Below, in pieces: positions 26,107 through 39,711 of a stretch of 64,000 nt of DNA. The stretch spans positions 148,986,001-149,050,000 of the forward strand of contig OZ024743.1 in the NCBI GenBank assembly GCA_964016885.1, given 5' to 3'. The DNA is from Eledone cirrhosa (taxonomy: Eukaryota). Below the pieces are notes generated by a model that saw only the letters and a program-made list of their open reading frames with translations, ran no database searches and was not told where the DNA came from. The first letter of the stretch is position 1; each line of letters starts with the position of its first letter. The position numbers and the translations under genes were made by a program.

Positions 26107-26342
26107 TAGTAATAATAATAATAAATTTGAAGACTAAAATCCAAAGAGGGCTTGATAAGGATAAATATATATCAAATATATATGAACCGTAGAGCAAATA
26201 TTTATTAAAATAACAGATTAAAGTTTAAGCAAAGAATCGCTGCTTTCACCCTTAACGGCATCATCTGAAACTATGATGATCCCATTAAGGATGAAAGCAG
26301 CGATTCTTTGCTTAAACTTTAATCTGTTATTTTAATAAATAT
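26107..26342 (-). mobile_element. short TA-flanked element with 68-bp fold-back and hammerhead-like fold
   Basis: Inverted arms 26198-26265 and 26275-26342 with 3 mismatches. A second, non-folded copy lies at 38087-38224 on the plus strand. Confidence 0.75.
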
Positions 26343-26749
26343 ATATATATATATATATATCATCATCATCATCATCATCAACGTTTAACGTCCGTGTTCC
26401 ACGCTTGCATGGGTTTGGACGGGGGTTTTCCCACTTGAGGCAAGAGTGATTGTCTTGCTCGCATAGGACTGTCTGGCAGGTTTTCTACAGTTGGATGCCC
26501 TTCCTAACACCAACCACATTTACAGTGTGGGTCTGGGAGGTTTTTACCGTGTTGCCTACACGGCCACATTACAGCGTGGACTGTGTGTTTTTTTGTCGTG
26601 ACACCTACACGATCTCATTTGTTTCGGCCTGGATGGCGCGGCACCAACATAGCTTTACATAGAACGGGGTGGTGTGGATGGGGTGGGGGTGGCGGCGGGA
26701 GGGGTGTATTTTGTTAGAGATGCCTACTGGCAAGGCGGGTCTTCTCTGT

Positions 26750-27864
26750 TATTATATAAAATTCTTTGTCTCTCATCTGTCTGTTTTTTCCTTATGCATT
26801 CTCAAACAGCTCAACCAAATCAAATTAAATTTTACAAGGTAATAATAATATTAGACCCCGGGATAAAGAACATGTAATTTTTATTTTCATAATATCTAAG
26901 ATATTCTGCTACAGTCAACTATAAGTAAACCGACATTTTATAACACAGTGATGACGATACATTTTGAGCGTGTATGTGTCTATGAGTGTGTGTGTGTGTT
27001 TGCACATTTGTTACGTATGTTAGGCCTTAGTTATGTTGCATACACACACATCTTCATGTAAATACATAATCTGATACTCAAAGAATTAAACACACACATC
27101 TACACATACATATACATATGTGTGTGAGTGTAGGTGAGAGTGTGTGTGTGTGTGAGTATACATACATTTCTGTGATGACTGATATAATGAAATGCTGTAT
27201 GAATGTATGTCTGTGTGTAATTTTTATAAGTGTATGTTTGTGTGGGTGTATGTGTGTCTGTTCGTTTATATTTATATTCTCATACCGTTAAATTAGCAGT
27301 TAATACATTTGCTTATATTTGGTTAATTTACACTGCATACAAAAATAGAGATTAATATATATTTCTTTTGGATGTTGAAACTTATTTGTTTACAATATTG
27401 AACAAAAAAATGTCTTTATTCTAAAAATTCCTCTCTAACCTACAAATGTTCCATTTGAATTTAAGAGGCTTCAGTTTCCAGTCAAACTAAGTTTATTTCA
27501 ATTAACAAATCTCAGGGTCAATCCTTCATGGCAGTTGGAATTGATCTCTCTACTACATGTTTCTCCCACAGTCAACTCTATGTTGGTTGCTCATGAGCTG
27601 GAAGCAGCAGCAATTTGACAGATTTTCATTTTTTAATTCATTTTTTAATTCATTTTTTAATTCATTTTTAATTCATTTTTAATTCATTTTTAATTCATTT
27701 TTTAATTCATTTTTTAATTCTATTATCATTACAATTTTGATATTTTTTATAAAATATAAATATTTTGAAATAATTATGAGAAAAAAAATATATCTTCATA
27801 TACATTGTTTACTAATCTGAATAAGAACAGCAATAACCCAGGCGACGCTGGATCATTCAGCTAG
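26750..27864 (+). mobile_element. probable non-autonomous Helitron
   Basis: 3' end CCCAGGCGACGCTGGATCATTCAG-CTAG|T (short GC hairpin, then CTAG). 5' region TATTATATAAAA..TCTGTCTGT..CAAACAGCTCAACCAAAT. Internal 11-12 bp tandem repeat CATTTTT(T)AATT at 27627-27722. The 5' boundary is uncertain. Confidence 0.55.
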
Positions 27865-27880
27865 TTTATATATATAATTG

Positions 27881-28045
27881 CAGGACTAGAACTGCTTCAT
27901 TTGTATGATTTAATACGAATGAAACAGTTTTAGTCCTGTAGAAATCATTTCTATATATAATAAAAATGCCTATACGCTAACAATGTATTGAGTAACTTTT
28001 TTTAACTGTGGTTACTCACGACACAACTCGGAAATCTACATATTT
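27881..28045 (+). mobile_element. TA-flanked fold-back element (same family as 38859-39050)
   Basis: 26-bp inverted arms across 27881-27938; shares GAATGAAACAGTTYTAGTMCTGTAGAA and GTATTGAGTA..ACTGTGGTTACTC with the 38.9 kb copy. Confidence 0.75.
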
Positions 28046-28310
28046 TATATATACATATCATCATCATCATCGTTTAATGTGCATTATCCATGCTAGCGTG
28101 GGTTTGACAAGTTGTCCTGTTGTGAAACAAGCCATGTCGGATGACCGTGTTTTGCTCACACAGAAACTGATTTTGGCTTGGTTTCTATGGGTGGACACCC
28201 TTCCTAATGCCAACCACCTTTACAGTATATACTGGGTGATTTTTGTCATGAGACCTACATGACCATGTTACAATGTGGACTGGGTACTTTTTATCATAAT
28301 ACATACATAT

Positions 28311-28703
28311 GGAGGCACATGGCTTAGTGGTTAGAGCATTGGCCTTGCAATCAAAAGGTTGTAAGTTCAATTCTCAGGCCGGGTGATGTGTTGTTTCCTT
28401 GAGCAAGACACTTTATTTCACATTTCTCCAGTTCACTCAGCTGTAGAAATGAGATGATAGGGACTGGGGTCCCTATCATTCCACTGCAAAGTGGTCGTGG
28501 GGGTGCCACGGCAAAAAAGCACCCAGCCCACACTGTGAAGTGGACATGTAGGCGCCACGAAAAAAAAGCACCCAGCACTCACTGTAAATGAGGTTGGTGT
28601 TAGGAAGGGCATCAAGCTGTAGAAATCAAGCCAGAATCAGTTCCCGTCCCACCCTTGCAAGCAGGGAAAAGTGGACGTAAAATGAAATGATGATGATGAT
28701 GAT
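28311..28703 (+). mobile_element. composite SINE: tRNA head, CORE-like domain, family B body and RTE 3' tail
   Basis: A box TGGCTTAGTGG, B-box-like AGTTCAATTCT, TCCTTGAGCAAGACACTT, ~52-bp internal repeats, 3' end matching the LINE at 11550-11610, (TGA)n tail. Nested in a minus-strand family B element (28058-28300 and 28710-28872). Confidence 0.8.
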
Positions 28704-28877
28704 ACTCAACCACTTTACAGTATGGACTGCATACTTTTTGTTGTGATACCTACATGACTATGTTACAGTGTGGGCTGGGCACTTGTTGTAGTATCATCAA
28801 TGTGTCCACTTTACAGTGTGGCCTGGGTGCTTTTTTTTGTGACACCTATGTGACAACTTTACAGTGTGGACAGGTCA

Positions 28878-29240
28878 CTTCTCTCCTACCATTCTAGTAG
28901 GCTTCTCTACTTCCCCCATTTTATTATTCCTTCCATGTCTGTCTTTTGGCCTTAATTGTCTCATCTACCATACTATTCCACCACCAAGTCACTCTCCTTC
29001 TCCCTAAAGACCTACTCCAACCACAGATTTCATTTGTCGCCTTCACTAGGTACTTCCAATGCTCCTCTATATTATATGTCTTTATATACTCTTCGTTACT
29101 GTCAAAAGTGTTCATGTGTCAATCACCATACTTCTAAATTTGTTACTGGTTGATAGGTTCTTTAACTTCTATATTCTTTTTCTCCAGGTTGTCTTCTGTT
29201 GCTAGTTTCTTCTAACCCTAACTATAAGGTCGCTAACTAC
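28878..29240 (-). pseudogene. RTE LINE fragment (linker between endonuclease and RT)
   Basis: EEHWKYLVKATNEICGW...RVTWWWNSMVDETIKAKRQTWKE**NGGSREAY overlaps the 5' break of the 13586 copy (KGGSREEY). Confidence 0.8.
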
Positions 29241-29344
29241 TAAGTTGGGAGATGCATTATGAGTGTGTGTGTGTATATGTATATATATATACATACATAT
29301 ATCAACACTATAAACACAGAGCTGGCATATCTAAGAACTGACTA

Positions 29345-29400
29345 ACTGCCTGATGAGGTCATAGCCATTCAATGGCTATCATCGAAATATATATAGCAGT
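29345..29400 (+). ncRNA. type I minimal hammerhead ribozyme motif
   Basis: ACTGC-CTGATGA-GGTCATAGCCATTCAATGGCTATCATC-GAAA-TATATA-TA-GCAGT: 5-bp stem I, intact core, long stem II, palindromic minimal stem III; AATAAA directly downstream. Confidence 0.8.
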
Positions 29401-30279
29401 AAATAAAGGATTATGAGTTCATGCAATCGACTTATGTTTCGTCACTATATATATATATATATATATATTATTATGTAATAAACAACATAAGGCAATTATT
29501 CCATTTACCAGTGGTTTCTTAAAAGCAAAAGGTTTTGCTTTCAATCCTCAGAATAAAAAATCCTGGTTTGTTTATTGAATTTGGATTTTAAATAAAATGC
29601 ATCCATGATTTCTGTAAAATGTAGGAACATATGTAAGTAAGATGCAGCCCTGTAGTCCAATTAAGTGCTGAGTTTGTGATGACCCATCTAACCTATACTA
29701 GCATAAAAAGTGGATGTTACCTGATGAATATGATGGTGATAATACACAAAGATGTGCACATACATACATCAATATACATTTTCTTAGATATATGTATATT
29801 TCCTTATGCAGTTGTGTACCCATGCCATCAAAGTGATGACTGTTTTAACAATTATAGAGAATAGTTCATCCACATCTGTTCAAAAGGACAGTTAAAATTA
29901 TTCATAAATTTCTTACTTAAAAACTTTGAACTTTGTATCTAATAGTAAAATATTAGACTTTCAGTTTAGCCACACAGCTAAGACCAAAAAGACTAATAAT
30001 GCATCAATTAGTTAATGCATGCTGCCTACCATAAATTACATTTCACAATGTTATATATGCATATAGACACTTACGTTGACGAAAATGACTGCTTTTTATA
30101 CTTATAATATATTTTCTAGTCCACTGAATAGTTTCATTATAGATATAAAAATTGATAATAAATTTATAAAGCTATTACATTATTATCTACAAAGCACTGA
30201 AAGATTAGCTTTTTCCTCTTTTACTAACATGTCAAAATGATTGAGAGTAAAATGTAAAACAGAAATGGCAATAATGAAA

Positions 30280-30450
30280 TCATCATCATTTTATGTTTGC
30301 TGTGCCACACTTCCATGGGTTGGGCATGTCCTTCTCAGTACAGCATCTCTCCACTTGTCACATTCCTTTGTCCTTTCTTCTGTGAGATCAACTCTCACTA
30401 CTTTTGCCTAGGTCTTCCTTGGACTTCTTCTACTGCAGCTTCCCTCCACA
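30280..30450 (-). mobile_element. RTE LINE 3'-end remnant
   Basis: Similar to 11560-11740 (CAGCATCTCTCCACT...) with a (CAT)n tail. Confidence 0.55.
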
Positions 30451-31204
30451 TACTTAGTTTCTGTTTATATACCACTACATACTCAGTGAAAAGCTACTAT
30501 TATATGAACATGTACCTTTTAAAATTTTTTTCGGCTTCACTAAATTTTATAACAGGAAATAACACAATGGAATTCCAGTCATGGCCATCTAGTAGATATA
30601 TTGTTTAATGCATATGTAACATATAATGTTAAATATAATGTTAAAATCATCTATTATATCTACAAATTATATATATAAATATTTCCTTTTGTTTTATCTT
30701 TTATATAAAAACGTTTCCTGCTATAGCGGTTTGTTGAAGTGAAAGAAAAAGTTTGCTTGAATGGATGCCTCTAGCTGGAATACCTTTGTGTTATTTTGTA
30801 TTATAGAATTTTTTGAATATAAAAATGTATTTTTTGTAGCAGCATATATATACAAACTTAGATACATAGAAGTGTATAAACAGAAACTAAGTACATTTAA
30901 TTGTTTCACTGTTTCCGTTTTGGTTTTTCATTTTACTTTCAGCATGTTAGTAAAACATGACACAGCTGAAAGTTTTACATGCAATTATCATTTATACTGA
31001 GGTTCTTTTATAACAATATTCACAGTAAAACTGCAAATTCCCTGAAGATTTCAAATTTGCCATCATTATTTAACAGTATATGACGATTGCTTAAAGCAAC
31101 ATAACACTAAACTGTCTCACACATTATTTGTTGTTTAACAGCCTTCTTCCTCCACACTATCTTCTTAGTATCACAGCAAACAAAAGCAGTAAGCTCATTA
31201 TTGT

Positions 31205-31498
31205 ATGGAGTGGTTAGAGCATTGCTTTCACAATCATGACATTGTGAGTTCAATTCCCTGACTGGATTGTGCATTGTGTTATTGAGCATGACACTTTATT
31301 TCACATTGCTCCAGTTCACTCAGCTATAGAAATGATTTGAGACATCACTGGTGGTAAGCTGAATTGGCTTTTGCCTTTCTTTTGGATGACGCTGGTGGAA
31401 TGGAGAGGGAAGACTGGTATACATGGGCAAATGCTGGTCTTCCACAAACAAACTGGCTCAGACTTATGCCTGATGATGATGATGATGGTGATGATGAT
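31205..31498 (+). mobile_element. tRNA/CORE-like SINE with a third type of 3' body
   Basis: Head and CORE-like part match 28325-28455; a different 3' half ends in (TGA)n. More degenerate CORE-like copies lie on the minus strand at ~32160-32320 and 38240-38390. Confidence 0.7.
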
Positions 31499-33148
31499 AT
31501 ATGCGTGTGTGGTTGGCTCAATAAGTATCAAACCTAAAAGAAATAGTAGAAATAGACTATTCTGTATTTGGAAATATGAGAATATTGGAATATTCTAAAA
31601 CAATTGTTTTAAGGTGTCACCCTGTTTGTTTAAAACTAGAGGTATGATGGAATGAAGCTTGAACTGCTCTAATAGCAATCTATAGACACGCAAAATCTTG
31701 CAGTTACTCCATTGTTCCTTTATATCCGAAAACTAAGAGAACATCTAGCTAGTGAATCAAGCTTAGAGAAAAGCCAACAAGAAAGCTCAAGAGTTGTATT
31801 AGAGGACAATAGTTTGGAATAAGAAGTGTCTCAAATTATAATGATCCATTAAACCTATGCCAGCATGGAAAGTGGACGTAAAATAATGATTACACACACA
31901 CAAATATATATCTATATCTTCATCACTATTTAGTACTTTTTTTCCATGCTTGCATGGATTAAACAGCTGTCACATGCCAGCTTTCACATGCCAGACTGGT
32001 CAGGTGACTAGATCCTTCTTATACACTTTGTTTTGGTTTGGATTCTATAGTTGGATGCCATTCCCATCACCACCCACAGACACACACACACACACACACA
32101 CACACATAATATATATAGAGTGTATATATATATATATATATATAAAAGTATGTATATGATGGGCATTCCTGCATTTCTATCTCCAAAATATCATTTACAA
32201 GGTTTTTTGTCAACCAGAAGCCACAGTAAAAGATACCTGCCTAAGGTGCCTAGCCATGACATAAAACCTGAAGCCACATCGCTGCAAAGCAAACCCCTTA
32301 AGCACACAACCATACCTGTGTCTGCAGCCATGAAAAAGATGGAATTGTTGCTGCTAGAATACTTTTGAGTTTAGGTCTGTTCTCTCTAAGCAGTCCTAGG
32401 GTTAAACAATAACAAAATTATCACAAATACCACTACCGCCATCACTATCACCTCAACTATTCAGAGTATATTGAATGCAGCTGTACTATAACATGAATGA
32501 CAACATAGAAAATTATTAACATCTAACACAATCTGAAGCAAAGTTTACCATTAATTAACAGTCAGTCTTATATGACCATTTCTGGTGGCCTTTTTATTGA
32601 CATCAACAGATGAGTTATGCTGCAATGAGCCACTATTCTACAGAAATGTTCAGACACTCATCACTGTAATGATTAATGTGTTTTATTTGTAGATTAGAAG
32701 GATTTTTAGAATATTCTGAGTTGTTTTCATTAGAGTGTAGTCATTGAGACATAGCTATTATGTCAATCTTAGAAAGCAGAAAATTATCCTCTTTTGTTTC
32801 TTGGTTTACTTTTAATATGGGTTCTGTATCTTGAATATTTGTACAAATGTGTGCATGTGTGTATTTGCCTGTTTCTCTGTATGTATGTGTGTTTGTATAT
32901 ATATATATATGTATGTGTATGTATGTGTGTGTGTGAGTGTGTGCTGATGATGATATACATATATATATATACATATATATATATCATCATCATTTTATCA
33001 TCATTTTACGTCCACTTTTCCCTGCTTGCAAGGGTGGGACGGGAACTGATTCTGGCTTGATTTCTACAGCTGGATGCCCTTCCTAACACCAACCTCATTT
33101 ACAGTGAGTGCTGGGTGCTTTTTTGCCGTGGCACCTCCATGACCACAC

Positions 33149-33202
<54 letters not shown>

Positions 33203-33206
33203 TATA

Positions 33207-33384
33207 CAAAGGTTGGATGAAAAGTTCATAGGCAGACCAAGATACTCTCCTGGAAATACCATATGAGTTTTATTTATCAACATAATTCCTGGGAAAAACA
33301 ATGCAGTTATCAATAAGAAGAGTTAAAATTAGTGTATGCATCACTCCTTCATAGTCTTGCTATAAAATTTTCAGCATACCTTCA
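33207..33384. mobile_element. mariner-type MITE, degenerate
   Basis: Imperfect ~31-bp TIRs (CAAAGGTTGGATGAAAAGTTCATAGGCAGAC vs reverse complement TGAAGGTATGCTGAAAATTTTATAGCAAGAC) with TA flanks. Confidence 0.6.
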
Positions 33385-33674
33385 TATATATGAGGTGGGT
33401 TGATTTGGCAGTCTTTAGAGCGCATGTTACTTATTCTCTGTGATCTGAGTTCAAATTTCGACAAGGTACACTTTGCCTATTATCCTTTTAGGATTGATAA
33501 AGACAGTACTAGCCAAAGGCAAAACCATTCCTCTATCCTTCCAGCTCTCACCTCCTCCTGGATGTTCTGTTGAATCAAGTGAGTAAGGGTCAAGTGAGCA
33601 TCTTGTCTGATGATCTTGTGAGTACACAGGAGAAAATCCGTATAATACAATTCAAGTTTGGTCTTAATAAAAAA

Positions 33675-36047
<2,373 letters not shown>

Positions 36048-36475
36048 GTCTTATTTCTTTGTTTCTTTATTTCATCTTGTATTAGTAACTGGAGAGTTAT
36101 TTCTACTGTAAATGAAGAATATGACAAATACCAAAAACTTCTTTTAGTCAACAGGGTTTTACATGCAAGGATTTATGACTTGTCTTGCAAAAGACTTTCC
36201 TCACCAATGTTGTCTTATTGTAGTGTGATTGGAACATTCAAGAAAATTAGTGTAGTTTCACAGAGTGTGGATATAAAGGGAAGAAAAACCCCATCATGTT
36301 TAAGCTTATGGTATTAATTAATAGATTGTGGGACTTGTGTATATTTATGTGTATATTATGCACATATATCTGTAATTTTCTCTCCTCTCCCGAAGACTCA
36401 TTCACTATGTATCTATCTACGTATGTGTAAGTATTTCTCTCACTCTATATATATATACCTTTCTCTCTCTCACTA

Positions 36476-36661
36476 AGGGCGGTGGATTGGCAGTATCGGT
36501 AGAGGGTCGGACGCCATGCTTTCCAGCATAGTTACGTCCCTTTACGGTCTGAGTTCAAATCCCGCCGAGGTTGACTTTGCCTTTCATCCTTACGGGGTCG
36601 ATAAAATAAAGTACCAGTAATGCACTGGGTAATTGCTGGCCTTGTGCCTAAAGTAGAAACA
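36476..36661 (+). mobile_element. SINE family A, young full-length copy
   Basis: A-box-like TGGCAGTATCGG, B box GAGTTCAAATCC, CpGs retained; lies inside a 21-bp target-site duplication (36310-36330 and 36662-36682). Confidence 0.9.
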
Positions 36662-38044
36662 GGTATTAATTAATAGATTGTGAAGAGTTGTTAGGCTGTT
36701 AGATTAAATGTTGCAATATTTGTTTCAGTTCACGGTGTTCTGAGTACAAATTTCACCAGGGTCTACTTTGCTTTCATCATTTTGAGGTCAATACATAATG
36801 TACTAGTTCAATATCAATGGGTTGAATGAATTGTTAAAGAGACAGATGAGGTGCTTTGCAGTATCTAGTTCTGCTCTGTGCATTCTGAGTTCAAATCCTG
36901 CATCCTTCTTCCAGGAGTGGCAACCACCAGAGATTATCAGCAATGTCTGATCTGATGACCATCTTCTTTCTATTACAATGATTCTGTGTTTTTTTTTTCA
37001 GAAAACAGTAGTAGAAACAGAATGGTGGTGATGGAGTAGTTGTACATATTTGGATTGTTAATTACAATTTGTTGTCTTGAATTATTATCTGAAATGTTCA
37101 ATCATTGTTATTTAGGCCTTGGTCAGTCCTGGTTGACAAAAGCTATTATCAAAATTGTTCCAGCCTTGACCATTCTATCTTTTTGTATATCAGAGGTATG
37201 TTTTAATATAACAATTATGGAAATGTTAGTTATATCACTAAATGCAAACAGGTTATTCATTTAAATATTTCTTGCTTGGGAAATTTATTCAAATTGTTGA
37301 AATTTTGCATGGTATATATGTAACCAACATTTGCTATGGATTAGAATTATTCTTCTGCAAAGTTAAGTTAATTGAGGGTACTATTTTTAAATGGTTCTCT
37401 TAATTGTCTTGTACAGTGCCACATTTTTAAATGGTACTCCCAATTATATTGTGCAAAGCCATTTTGCTCTTTTGAGAGCTGATGAGGGTCAAGATATGTG
37501 TGTGAACTTCTCCTTGTCCTCTTCCTCTCTCACTATTTTCTATATTTCATCTGCATGTCACCCACCTTATGTATTGCCTCTCTGCCAACTGCTAACCATT
37601 GGTATCTGTCCTCTGAGGCATTTTAGCCTATTGCTGTTATTGACAGCATTTGTTCTAGTGATGAGTTTTTTCATTTTTCTATGAGATGAAGTGAAAGTAT
37701 ATTTATACTCTCACTTCATCTCAATTAGAGACAACAATGTTTATTCATTTATCATTATCACTATTTTTATATCCACCTCTTCACAGTAACATGGGTTGGA
37801 CAAGAGTTTTGAAGCAGTGTTTCTGTGGCTGGATGCCCTTCCTGATGCTAACCATACATTATTCATAAATATAATATATCTTGTTTTAAAGAAGGTTCTG
37901 TCCAATATCCAAGGGGATTCTTTGAATTAGATGTGTGAATGTACATTTTGAAAATTTATACAGTACCTAAACAAACACCAATGCTTGCTTCAAACATTAT
38001 TGATATGAAGTTGTATGTGGTAAACATGCACATACACAGATATG

Positions 38045-38086
<42 letters not shown>

Positions 38087-38397
38087 TAGTTTCAGAAGAT
38101 CCCATAAAGAGTGAAGTCTGTTATTTCAATAAATATTTGCTCTACGGTTCTTATATATTTGATATATATTTATCCTTATCGAGCCCTCTTTGGATTTTAG
38201 TCTTCAAATTTATTATTATTACTATATATATATATCAAGGTTCCTTATAGCTTCTCCCAAATTCCTTCAAATTGTATTGGTCTGCTTATCGTAGCAAGCA
38301 CTTGCCCAACATACCACTGCACCACAGAGTTGGGTGGAACATGAACCACATATTTGTGAAATAAACCTTTTAATCACACAGCTACATCATTGTCATA

Positions 38398-38452
<55 letters not shown>

Positions 38453-38457
38453 CAATG

Positions 38458-38497
<40 letters not shown>

Positions 38498-38653
38498 AGC
38501 AAAGGTAAAACTATATATACAATGTTCGAAGGAAAGAAGAGAATTATATATGATATAATTTCCACAACTCCCTTGAAACATGTGTAAGGAAATGTATATG
38601 ATTTAAAAGATAAAAGATAATTTTTTCCATCTATACATATGTTTATATATATA

Positions 38654-38844
38654 TAACGAAGGAAATGTGGTAAGGAACCAGGTGGACCATAACGCACCAA
38701 AGTACTCAATACTTAGGGTAGTAGAGTGGGTAATAGGAATGAGTAGGACCCCGACGGCTGAGCTCAAGCCGTTTAGACGGCTAAGTCCAGAATTAGCCGT
38801 CGAAACGGCTTGAGCTCAGCCGTCGGGGTCCTACTCGTTCCTAT
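38654..38844 (-). mobile_element. TA-flanked element with 52-bp GC-rich fold-back
   Basis: Arms 38733-38784 and 38793-38844 match at 50 of 52 positions; GTATTGAGTA on the minus strand at 38703-38712. Confidence 0.7.
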
Positions 38845-38858
38845 ATATATATATATAT

Positions 38859-39050
38859 ATATTTAATTTAGAAATGGATTCTACAGGACTAGAACTGTTT
38901 GATTTGAAGGAAATCATCAGTAAAGCCTTTCCTGGTGATTTCCTTTGAATGAAACAGTTCTAGTACTGTAGAAGCCATTTCTATATTAAATATTTATACT
39001 CTGCTATGTATTGAGTACCTTACTGTGGTTACTCCCGATTGAACCTGCGA
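38859..39050 (+). mobile_element. TA-flanked fold-back element with hammerhead-like core
   Basis: Arms 38859-38920 and 38932-38993; arm consensus CTGATGA-TTTCCTTTGAAT-GAAAC-AGTTCTA-GTM. Confidence 0.75.
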
Positions 39051-39419
39051 TACACACACACACACACACACACATATATATCAAGGGCGAAGGGTCCATG
39101 CATGCAATGCATGCAGTGCAGTGCATGCGTTATAGAATCTTGAGTTGATCAATTGCATTGGTTGAAGCAAGCAGAATTTTTGCTGCTTACTAAAACCTAT
39201 AGTCAAAAAAAAAGATAAGACACACACACACACATACACACAAACACATACACATACACACAAACACACGACAGCTTTGGGGCAAGCAGAATTTTGACTG
39301 CTTACTAAATCGTAGACACATAAAAAGCTAACACACATACACACACACACTAGATAACACTACATGCGGCTTTGACCGGGAGGGTCATTTAGAGGGAATT
39401 GGGAGGGGGTTAAGGCTGC

Positions 39420-39487
<68 letters not shown>

Positions 39488-39491
39488 ATAT

Positions 39492-39711
39492 TGTGAAGGC
39501 GTGTGGCTGAGTGGTTAGAGAATTGGATTCGCAATCGTAAGGTTGTGAGTTCGATTCCTGTACCAGGCTATGCGTTATGTCCTTAAGCAAGACATTTTAT
39601 TTCACGTTGCTCCTTCTACCTGGAGTTGCGACCGATAGATAGTATTAGCAATTGGAAAGACCAACGGAAACATTGTTCCCTCGGTCCGATTTGACGAAAG
39701 TCGATCGTCCT
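39492..39711 (+). mobile_element. tRNA-derived CORE-like SINE, young copy
   Basis: A box TGGCTGAGTGG, B box GAGTTCGATTCC, TGTCCTTAAGCAAGACA; homologous to 13637-13855. Confidence 0.85.

Noticed and set aside
39492-39565. tRNA genes at SINE heads
   Set aside because: A and B boxes are present but there is no clean cloverleaf, and the sequence continues into repeat bodies
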